Below, in pieces: positions 54,125 through 64,000 of a stretch of DNA of 64,000 bases. Origin of the DNA: Eledone cirrhosa (lineage: Eukaryota). A program made the position numbers and the translations under genes. The stretch is taken from assembly GCA_964016885.1 (NCBI GenBank), contig OZ024753.1:16802001-16866000 (forward strand), in the 5' to 3' direction. A model generated the notes under the pieces. The model had not been told where the DNA came from and ran no database searches. It was given only the letters and a program-made list of their open reading frames with translations. The stretch's first letter is position 1, and each line of letters opens with the position of its first letter.

Positions 54125-55166
54125 AAATATTAACTAGTGATATATGAGTAAAATATTAACTAGTGATATATGACTAAAATATCAACTAGTGATATATGAC
54201 TAAAATATCAACTAGTGATATATGAGTAAAATATTAACTAGTGATATATGTGTAAAATATTAACTAGTGATATAGGAGTAAAATATTAACTAGTGATATA
54301 GGAGTAACATATTAACTAGTGATATAGGAGTAAAATATTAACTAGTGATATATGACTAAAATATTAACTACTGATACAGGAGTAAAATATTAACTAGTGA
54401 TATAGAAGTAAAATATTAACTAGTGATATATGAGGAAAATATTAACTAGTGATATAGGAGTAACATATTAACTAGTGATATAGGAGTAACATATTAACTA
54501 GTGATATAGGAGTAAAATATTAACTAGTGATATATGAGTAAAATATCAACTAGTGATATATGAGTAAAATATTAACTAGTGATATATGTGTAAAATATTA
54601 ACTAGTGATATAGGAGTAAAATATTAACTAGTGATATATGTGTAAAATATTAACTAGTGATATAGGAGTAAAATATTAACTAGTGATATGTGTAAAATAT
54701 TAACTAGTGATATAGGAGTAACATATTAACTAGTGATATATGAGGAAAATATTAACTAGTGATATAGGAGTAAAATATTAACTAGTGATATATGAGTAAA
54801 ATATTAACTAGTGATATAGGAGTAAAATATTAACTAGTGATATATGAGGAAAATATTAACTAGTGATATAGGAGTAACATATTAACTAGTGATATAGGAG
54901 TAAAATATTAACTAGTGATATAGAAGTAAAATATTAACTAGTGATATATGAGTAAAATATTAACTAGTGATATAGGAGTAACATATTAACTAGTGATATA
55001 GGAGTAACATATTAACTAGTGATATAGGAGTAACATATTAACTAGTGATATAGGAGGAAAATATTAACTAGTGATATAGGAGTAAAATATTAACTAGTGA
55101 TATATGAGTAACATATTAACTAGTGATATATGTGTAAAATATTAACTAGTGATATAGGAGTAAAAT
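54125..55166. repeat. 26-bp AT-rich minisatellite, ~40 copies
   Basis: Unit aaaatattaactagtgatatatgagt. Confidence 0.95.
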
Positions 55167-55324
55167 TGTGAGGAAAATGAAAACAAAAAAAAACAATAGA
55201 AATTGTGAAAGATGTAAAATTTAAATTGAAAACTGACCTCCATACTACCAATAATAATAATTGTTTCTACATTTGGCACAAGGCCAGTAGTTATCCCAGT
55301 GCATTACTGGTACTTTAATAATAA

Positions 55325-56986
55325 CTAGCTGGACCCGTGAAAAAATTCATGGATAATTTTTGAAATTTAAATATTGTCCAATGAATATTTATCAGTTAAT
55401 CAAAGTTGTTTGATTTGCAGTATTTTGTTTCTCACATTCTCTAGATAAAATTCTCTTTCCTCTAGATTCATGTTATTTCTTCTATCATGATCTACGTTTC
55501 TGCTATTTTGTAGATAGGCCTCTCTCTCCTCTCGATTCGTGTCATTTCTTCTGTCATGATCTACGTTTCTGCTATTTTGTAGATAGGCCTCTCTCTCCTC
55601 TCGATTCATGTCATTTCTTCTATCATGATCTACGTTTCTGCTATTTTGTAGATAAGCCTCTCTCTCCTCTCGATTCATGTCATTTCTTCTATCATGATCT
55701 ACGTTTCTGCTATTTTGTAGATAAGCCTCTCTCTCCTCTCGATTCATGTCATTTCTTCTATCATGATCTACGTTTCTGCTATTTTGTAGATAAGCCTCTC
55801 TCTCCTCTCGATTCATGTCATTTCTTCTGTCATGATCTACGTTTCTGCTATTTTGTAGATAAGCCTCTCTCTCCTCTCAATTCATGTCATTTCTTCTGTC
55901 ATATCTACGTTTCTGCTATTTTGTAGATAAGCCTCTCTCTCCTCGCGATTCATGTTATTTCTTCTGTCATGATCTACGTTTCTGCTATTTTGTAGATAGG
56001 CCTCTCTCTCCTCTGGATTCATGTCATTTCTTCTATCATGATCTATGTTTCTCATATTCTGTAGATAAGCCTCTCTCTCCTCTGGATTCATGTTATTTCT
56101 TCTGTCATGATCTCCACTTCTTCTATTCTGTAGATAAGCTTGTCTCTCCTCTGGATTCATGTTATTTCTTCTGTCATGATCTCCACTTCTTCTATTCTGT
56201 AGATAAGCTTGTCTCTCCTCTGGATTCATGTTATTTCTTCTGTCATGATCTCCACTTCTTCTATTCTGTAGATAAGTTTATCTCTCTCCTCTGGATTCAT
56301 GTTATTTCTTCTGTCATGATCTCCACTTCTTCTATTCTGTAGATAAGCTTCTCACTCTCCTTTGGATTCATGTTATTTCTTCTGCCATGATCTCCACTTC
56401 TTCTATTCTGTAGAGAAGCTTCTCTCCCCTCTTGGCTCATATCATTCCTCCTTTCTTGCATTTGTTCTCGATTACAGTCACGGATTGCTTGCCTCTCTTC
56501 TGCTCGTAACCGTTGTCGTCATCTTCTTTGTCGCTCTCTCGCTGCCTCTCTTTGTTGAGTTATTTTATCTTCCATTTTTAAGAATGGTTGTTTCAGTAAT
56601 TATGAAGAACACCTAGCTGGGACAAGAAAGTGGTTAGAGAGGATGTTTGTCATAAATAAAAACTTGTAACAAAAACAAACAAACTAACTAAGTGAGGATA
56701 AATCATTACCTATTTGACGGAGGTAAAAATAGAGTGTATTATCAATTTTCAACTTACCTCACGTCAGTAATATAAAATATATAATTTCTTCTGTTGGGAG
56801 TTGAAGTCATTCTTGGGCAGTGAATGATAAGACAATGAAAGAAAATATTCGGCGCAAGGCATTACATCAAATTATTGTATGTATGATAGTGATTCTTTTC
56901 AACAGCAGATAAATTACTTTGTAATTACTGAAAGTGTGACACAGTCTGACATATGGTATGTAGGTATAAGCATATTAATATATAGA
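55325..56986 (-). mobile_element. Internally deleted Helitron carrying a 69-bp (23-aa) repeat ORF
   Basis: Minus strand A|TCTATATATTAATATG ... ccatgaa-tttt-ttcacgg hairpin, CTAG|T; interrupts a family-B SINE. Confidence 0.8.
55400..56575 (-). pseudogene. Disrupted ORF with ~14 23-aa repeats (STPR-like)
   Basis: ATG at 56575 MEDKITQQREAARERQRR*RQRL..., then MNPEERQAYLQNRRSGDHDRRNN-type units; stops and frameshifts present. Confidence 0.65.
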
Positions 56987-57046
56987 TGATTTCTTTAAAG
57001 GGTTTGCAAAAATACATTATGGACATTACAGGACAAATATGGGTTT

Positions 57047-57365
57047 CATCATCATAATCATCATTATCATTTTACGTCCACTTTTCCCTGCTTGCATGGG
57101 TGGGACGGGAACTGATTCTGGCTTGATTTCTACAGCTGAATGCCCTTCCTAACACCAACCTCATTTACAGTGAGTGCTGGGTGCTTTTTTGCTGTGGCAC
57201 CTCCACGACCACTTTACAGTGTGGGCTGGGTGCTTTTTTGCCGTGGCACCTTCACGACCACTTTGCAGGGGAATGATAGGGACCCCAGTCCCTATCATCG
57301 CATTTCTACAGCTGAGTAAACTGAAGCAATGTGAAATAAAGTGTCTTGCTCAAAGAAACAACACT
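57047..57365 (-). mobile_element. SINE family A lacking the tRNA head
   Basis: Tail and core match the other copies. Confidence 0.85.
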
Positions 57366-57707
57366 GCATGTAAAAAAGGGAAACAAAAACAAAAGATGCA
57401 ACAAAAAAAAATTAAATTTAAATTAAATTTAAATTAAATTTAAATTAAATTTAAATTAAATTTAAATTAAATTAAAATTAAATTTAAATTCAGAATGTAA
57501 AGGGCCATAACTCTATGCTGCAAAGCATGGCGTCCTATGCTCTACTGATACTGCCAATAATAATAAAAACAATAATTTCTGCTATTTGCCACAGAAAAGC
57601 CATTGAGCAAGGTGGTGGTGGTGGGAGTCATTTAATAATAATATTTTTTCATATTTTAATATATTTTTTGTTTTATTAATCATGAAAATTTTCTTTCAAT
57701 GTTTCAG

Positions 57708-59945
57708 GCTGCCTGCAACTTTAGCACACCTTACTCTGATGCCAGTTTCTCTAGGCTTGAACATTACCACCTACAACACAACCCCCAAGTGATGGCCAGT
57801 AAGTTAAAACTGTCCCTAGTGAAGTATGACCTGGATGCTAGCAGACCTCGTCGGGGGCGCCCACCTAAATATTCCCGTATTGACATAGCCCCCGTCAACA
57901 AATTTGAATCTCTACCCATGCATGCAGAACCCTTCAAAATATTCAATGAAGAACAGAATGGCTGTGTGAGTGGCCTTCACAGCAACAACAACAACAACAT
58001 CAACATCAGTACAACAGCAACACCAACATCAACAACAACATCAATAAATGAGGGTTACAAGTTTTTCAAAGCAAGAGAGGATTGTCTTGATGAACAGTGT
58101 TTGTATTTGACAAAGGAACACTACCATTGTATGAAACCTCGCTGCCACCATGCCACAGATCAGTTAGATATTGTCAGTTTACACATCAAAGATTTTCATA
58201 GTTTTGTTAATATTTTGGAGGGTTTCCATTTCTTTGATCACAACGTCGACTGTCGGTACAGTCACTGCCATTATAACAAGGCCAACAAACATTTCCACTG
58301 TACTCGGCAACATTGCGATTATTCGTTCGTTCGGCATAGCACCATGGTTCAGCATGACAAGAAGCATCAGAATCACTCCAACAACAACAGCAACAACAAC
58401 ATATGCACTAATAACAAACAAACCACATTCGTTCCAATCATGCCGGCCGTTTCAAAAGTGTCCATTCCGTCATCAACGAAAGCAGTAATCAAATCCTCTG
58501 GAATATTCTACCCATTATCTACAATCCCCACCAGTCAGCCATATCCAGTTTCTATATCATCCCAAACCTTCACTCCCGCTGTCAGTGGTTCCAGAATAAA
58601 CACCACCGTTCCTCACATAGTTGACATTAATTCTCCCAGTTGCAGTTCTGCTGAGAATTCTGGCAGTTCTTCTTGTAATGAATCTACATCTTTACCGTTT
58701 CTTTTACAGCAGAAGATGGAGAACATGTCATCTCAGTGTCTGAGCTGGGATAGCATCAGGACCCAAATCCATTTCTCAGTATATCAAAATTGTGGTCGGC
58801 CATTCTGTAAACTTAAGAAAAGAGACCATTATCATTGTATGCAGTGTAACCAAGCTTTTTCTGAGTTTGCTCGGCTGCAGTACCACCTGAGCAGGCATGG
58901 CCTCAAGTTCTTTACAAATACAGCCAAACCTCATCCCCCACTCTCGGAGAATTCACCAACTAACATGCCTGATGATGGAAATAGCAACTTCAATGTTAAT
59001 TCTGTACATATGAAGAACTTTCCTGAAGGGATGAAATCATTGAAGACTGAAATCTTGGATGAAGAAAAAGTCACTCCATTCTCCACTGGATTAGGTAATC
59101 CTATGAAAATGTCACCTGATTTGGATCCAAGGGTGATGTTAGATACTCAGGTGAGTCAAAGAGTAAACAATATGTGTTCGAGAATGATGAATTCTTTTGG
59201 TGAGACCACTTTGACAGAGAGGTCAGAGGTCGAAAGAGAGAATGATGACAGTTCTTCATTTTTGGAAAGTTCTCATAGAAAACGGAGAGAGAGTGGGAGT
59301 GAAGAATTCGAAAGTGATATAACACAAAACAGGAAACAGCCCCGACTGATGATGCCGTCCGAAGTAGTAGAAACCAGTTGTCCCAGTAGTAGCACTAACA
59401 CAGCTTACAGAGTGGAAGGAGTGCCAGAAGGTTACATTCGAATCAGATACAACGAAGACTGTAAATATCAACGATGTACATATAAACACATGGTCACACA
59501 CTTCCATTGTCGCCGCCATGACTGTGGCTATGGATTCAGCGACCGTTCGCGCATCGTGCAGCACAAGCTGAGGCATGAGCGCATTGACAACATCATTGGT
59601 GAAGACTTTAAGCAGTTCCGAGCGAGCCTCACCTGCCAATACCCAAAGTGCCAATATGATGCGAAGTCGTCACATTATCATTGCCTGAAGTGTGATTTTG
59701 TGTGCACGGACACCACCAAAGTGACAGCACACCGCAAACATCATGTGAAGATGGAAACTATTGCATCGCATGGGTTCCAGAAGTTTGTTGGCAGTGAGGG
59801 CTGCAATGTACCATCCTGCTCTTCATATAAAAAACAAACACATTACCACTGCATGCAAGATGACTGTAACTTCACAGTCCTTGGTTTGTCACAGATGACA
59901 ACACACAAGGTTAAACACATCACCGAATCAGCTAACTTATATTAA
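57708..59945 (+). CDS. CASZ1: castor/CASZ1 terminal coding exon (end of finger 6, AT-hook, fingers 7-12)
   Basis: tttcAG acceptor in phase 0, open for 745 codons to TAA; six further Cx4C...HxHC-C2H2 units, e.g. CGRPFCKLKKRDHYHC and CDFVCTDTTKVTAHRKHH. Confidence 0.95.
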   Translation, partial: AACNFSTPYSDASFSRLEHYHLQHNPQVMASKLKLSLVKYDLDASRPRRGRPPKYSRIDIAPVNKFESLPMHAEPFKIFNEEQNGCVSGLHSNNNNNINISTTATPTSTTTSINEGYKFFKAREDCLDEQCLYLTKEHYHCMKPRCHHATDQLDIVSLHIKDFHSFVNILEGFHFFDHNVDCRYSHCHYNKANKHFHCTRQHCDYSFVRHSTMVQHDKKHQNHSNNNSNNNICTNNKQTTFVPIMPAVSKVSIPSSTKAVIKSSGIFYPLSTIPTSQPYPVSISSQTFTPAVSGSRINTTVPHIVDINSPSCSSAENSGSSSCNESTSLPFLLQQKMENMSSQCLSWDSIRTQIHFSVYQNCGRPFCKLKKRDHYHCMQCNQAFSEFARLQYHLSRHGLKFFTNTAKPHPPLSENSPTNMPDDGNSNFNVNSVHMKNFPEGMKSLKTEILDEEKVTPFSTGLGNPMKMSPDLDPRVMLDTQVSQRVNNMCSRMMNSFGETTLTERSEVERENDDSSSFLESSHRKRRESGSEEFESDITQNRKQPRLMMPSEVVETSCPSSSTNTAYRVEGVPEGYIRIRYNEDCKYQRCTYKHMVTHFHCRRHDCGYGFSDRSRIVQHKLRHERIDNIIGEDFKQFRASLTCQYPKCQYDAKSSHYHCLKCDFVCTDTTKVTAHRKHHVKMETIASHGFQKFVGSEGCNVPSCSSYKKQTHYHCMQDDCNFTVLGLSQMTTHKVKHITESANLY

Positions 59946-61039
59946 ACGATCATGTTTTAAGTGTATAATAATAATAGCAATAATAATAATAATTGTTTTG
60001 AAATTAGGCACAAGGCCAGTAGTCTTGAGAAGGAGGGGAAAGTCGATTATATGAACCCCAGTATTTCACTGGTACTGTATTTTATTGACTCTGAAAGAAG
60101 TTAACTGGCAGAATTAGAAATGAGAGTGTTTAAGAATCAGAACAAATAATGCAGAACATTTCTCTGATGTTCTAACAATTGTGTTAATCCACTACACTTT
60201 AATTATTATAATAATAATAATAATTGTTTCTACTTTTGGCACAAGGCCAGCAATTATCCCAGTGCATTACTGGTACTTTATTTTATCGACCCCGTAAGGA
60301 TGAAAGGCAAAGTTAACTTCGGTGGGATTTGAACTCAGAATGGCAAGGACCGCAACTCTATGCGTCAAAGCATGGCGTCCGACCCTCTACCGATACTGCC
60401 AATCCACCGACAAATAATGATTTCTACTGTAGACACAAGGCCAGCAATTTGGGGGAGGGAAAAGTCGATTAAATTGACCCCAGTGCATTACTGGTGCTTT
60501 ATTTTATCAACCCTGTAATAGATGAAAGACCAAGTTCAACTTGAACACAAAATGGACACTTCAACAAATCCTGCTGAGGTTAACTTTGCCTTTCATCCTT
60601 ACGGGGTCGATAAAATAAAGTACCAGTAAAGTACTGGAGTAATTGCTGGCCTTGTGCTAAAAGTAGAAACAATTATTAATATTAATAATATTAATATATT
60701 TCCAATTTTCTTAAATGGTTTTTGATTTTGTTCACATTCCTTGTCATAGAGAGAAGGTGGGGGGTCATGGAAAAAGAGGGATAGAGAGAAGGGGACAGGG
60801 TTAGAGAGAGAGAGAGAGAAGGGGTCAGAATTAGAGAGAGAAGTGGTCAGAGTTAGTGAGAGAGAGAGAGAGAGAAGGGATCAGAGTTAGAGAGAGAGAT
60901 AGAGAAGGGATCAGAGTTAGTGAGAGAGGGAGAGAGAGAGAGAAGGTGTCAGAGTTAGTGAGAGAGAGAGAGAAAAGAATGAAGCAAAAAAAACTGAGTA
61001 GATAATTTTGTGTTTATGTCTCATTTTATTGTATTAAAC

Positions 61040-62097
61040 ACTCAACCCTATATATATACTGTCAAATCTATATACATATATACACTGTCAACCCTATATA
61101 CTGTCAAATCTATATACATATATATATACACTGTCAACCCTATATATATATATATATACTGTCAAATCTATATACATATATATATACACTGTCAACCCTA
61201 TATATATATACTGTCAAATCTATATACATATTTACACTGTCAACCCTACACATATATATATATACTATAAAACCTATATATACACACTGTAAAACCTACA
61301 TATATATACAATATATATACACACTAAAACCTATATATACACACTGTAAAACCTACATATACACACTGTAAAACCTACATATACACACTGCAAAACCTAC
61401 ATATATACACCCTGTAAAACCTACATATACACACTGTAAAACCTACATATACACACTGTAAAACCTACATATACACACCCTGTAAAACCTACATATATGC
61501 ACCCTGTAAAACCTACATATACACACTGTAAAACCTACATATACACACCCTGTATAAACCTACATATACACACTGTAAAACCTACATATACACACTGTAA
61601 AACCTACATATACACACCCTGTATAAACCTACATATACACACTGTAAAACCTACATATATACACACTGTAAAACCTACATATATACACACTGTAAAACCT
61701 ACATATACACACTGTAAAACCTACATATACACACCTGTAAAACCTACATATATGCACCCTGTAAAACCTACATATACACACTGTAAAACCTACATATACA
61801 CACCCTGTATAAACCTACATATACACACTGTAAAACCTACATATACACACTGTAAAACCTACATATACACACCTGTAAAACCTACATATATGCACCCTGT
61901 AAAACCTACATATACACACTGTAAAACCTACATATACACACCCTGTATAAACCTACATATACACACTGTAAAACCTACATATACACACTGTAAAACCTAC
62001 ATATACACACCCTGTATAAACCTACATATATACACACTGTAAAACCTACATATACACACTGTAAAACCTACATATACACACCTGTAAAACCTACATA
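61040..62097. repeat. ~22-bp minisatellite
   Basis: Unit ctgtaaaacctacatatacaca. Confidence 0.93.
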
Positions 62098-63620
62098 TGC
62101 CCCCTTGTCATGGGGAGAGAGCTTAAGTCCGTGTGAAGGGCTGTACGAGAAATGCAGCATCATCCGATACCCTTCTTTCTGGGCGGCCGTTGTTTTGGTA
62201 GGTTTTACCAGACTTGGGAGGTCTTCCGTGCAAGGATGAACCAAGCGCATAGAAATAAAAAAATTTTAAATGTAAGTTTTTAAGAATAGGTTATATATCC
62301 GGGTACATGACCCTGCTTAACATGGGCGTCGAAGGAAGCCAAGTGAGGTCCCTCAATCAACCACTACGAGTCATCTCGGCTCCTCAGGGCAAAGAGGTAT
62401 TGCTTTATGGTGTGGCTAAAGGACTGGGCCCACGCCATCGCAAGACAGCTGGTCCACTCAGCAACGACTGACTTGATTCCCACTATGACCCTTAGGCGCA
62501 ATTCAGGCTGCAAATTCTTGCTGGACCCTAACCCTAACCCTATTCTTGCAAGGAAATCAGCTTCCCCGTCACTTGGTGGAGGGCTGTGGTGTCGTCAACT
62601 CAAGTTGACATGGCTGTACTGATTCCATGTGAAACCCTTCTGCTTCACTGTCCACTTTGTCCACATCACTTCACATCTCCAGTTCCTTGGGGGCAACATC
62701 AGCGGGATCGCCAGGGGTCGGTCCGTCCGACATTCTGGTGTCATCGGTGTAGCTGGGAGAGCGGTCCCCTTACATTTGATCAGAGTCCATGCAGGTCATT
62801 GTTCAGGGGAGCCGCGTATCGTTGACGCTGCCGTCCTGACGGAACACCAACAGAAGTGTGGCATATGTGGCAGGGCATACGCCATGGCGTCTGGTCTATT
62901 GTAGCACATGCGACACAGGCACCCAGATGAAGCAGATGCTAGACAAATTTCTAGTGCTGGCAAGGAGCTGGCAAGGAAATGGGAGGGCAAGAATGGCAGA
63001 GCCTGAGACCCGTCGCTGCTGCTGGTCTAACAAAGAGATTGAGATTCTGAGGGCAAAAAGTGTGGAACTCATTTGGGATGGCATCCATGTTGTGAATGTG
63101 GCTCTTGAGAACTTTCTTCCCAGCAAGACACGTAAGCAGATAAGTGACAAGTGACAAGACCTGATAGCGAAAGACAGGCCCACCCACGTGGCCTAGTGGC
63201 GACTGGCTCCAGACAGCGATACTGGGGCGATAATTAGCCCACCTGATGGGGATCAATTCCACATCAGTGGCGGCACTGAGGGTGACTCAGGGAGGTGTTT
63301 CTCCCAGGAACAATTCATGGAGAGGCTGCTTTGTTGACACTGTAGTCCCTGGCTGCTCAGTGACCTTCATGGTGTGGTTGATTAGTCTTCTCAAGGAGGA
63401 CACAATGGATGCCTGGGTGGCCTTTTCCAACCACCTCCTTGACGGGTGGATGAGGGAACTCAGGGCTTCCAAACACCATCATCCTCAAAGGGTACCGAAA
63501 CATAGGTGCAGGGCCATAGATAGATGTGGCTCCCACCGAGAGAGGAGGCACGATCGGCGAGCTCTTTATGCCTGATACCAGGGTCTCTTTGAGCGAAACA
63601 GAGGCTCCTAACAGTTATAC
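62098..63620 (+). mobile_element. 5' portion of an R2-clade (R2-A-like) non-LTR retrotransposon, decayed
   Basis: Across frames: CPLCPHHFTS..GQHQR, CHRC..LHLIRVHAGHC, CGICGRAY..GLL*HMRHRH (three fingers), Myb-like WSNKEIEIL...LPSKTRKQISDK, and RRALYA*YQGLF (motif -1). No RT domain. Confidence 0.72.
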
Positions 63621-63821
63621 CTATTGTAAAACCTACACACACACATACATACAAACACATGCCTTCTCATGCCACATGTGGACATTATATATATATATAA
63701 TAGATCCGCTAAGGTGAAACAATTGTTCTCGGTATGGTGAACTAACTGTTGTGTAACCACTTCTACCAAACTCGTCCCATGGACTGAGTGCTCTACCACT
63801 ACGGATATTACCTTCCAGTGT

Positions 63822-63872
<51 letters not shown>

Positions 63873-64000
63873 CTTATAGACATGATTAAAAAACATCTTC
63901 TATGATTTTAGTAAGATAGAGACATAGAACTGAATCTGATTGTGTGGAGACTGTTGAACCTTGTTGTTTATATGTGTGTCTGTGTTTATATCCTGTAACA

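Noticed and set aside
57699-57707. ATG start of a standalone 748-aa gene
   Set aside because: It lies in the acceptor (atgtttcAG); finger 6 begins in the upstream exon.
62524-62542. Telomeric (CCCTAA)n
   Set aside because: About three units inside a retro-element; too short to be meaningful.

Overview
Eukaryotic, AT-rich, repeat-dense animal DNA. The SINE, microsatellite and LINE complement suggests a coleoid cephalopod (Octopus-like); that assignment is an inference. The only host gene is a castor/CASZ1 zinc-finger transcription factor on the + strand. I reconstructed nine coding exons with GT-AG sites and consistent phases (14023-14221, 28782-28869, 29985-30149, 34593-34809, 44646-44783, 46663-47497, 50443-50565, 52781-52898, 57708-59945). 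They encode about 1370 aa with 12 castor-type double zinc fingers and an AT-hook; no start exon is visible. The rest is intron or flank. It holds a decayed near-full-length R4/Dong-type LINE inside a (CATA)n tract and the 5' part of an R2-A-like element (3 zinc fingers + Myb) in a minisatellite rather than rDNA. It also holds RTE and L1/Tx1 fragments, four Helitron-like elements (one carrying 23-aa STPR-like repeats), piggyBac- and hAT-type MITEs, many modular tRNA-derived SINEs and over a dozen minisatellites. The least obvious signal is a set of minimal type-I hammerhead ribozyme folds in Penelope-like remnants, several on the gene's sense strand. Most ORFs in the supplied track are repeat artefacts.
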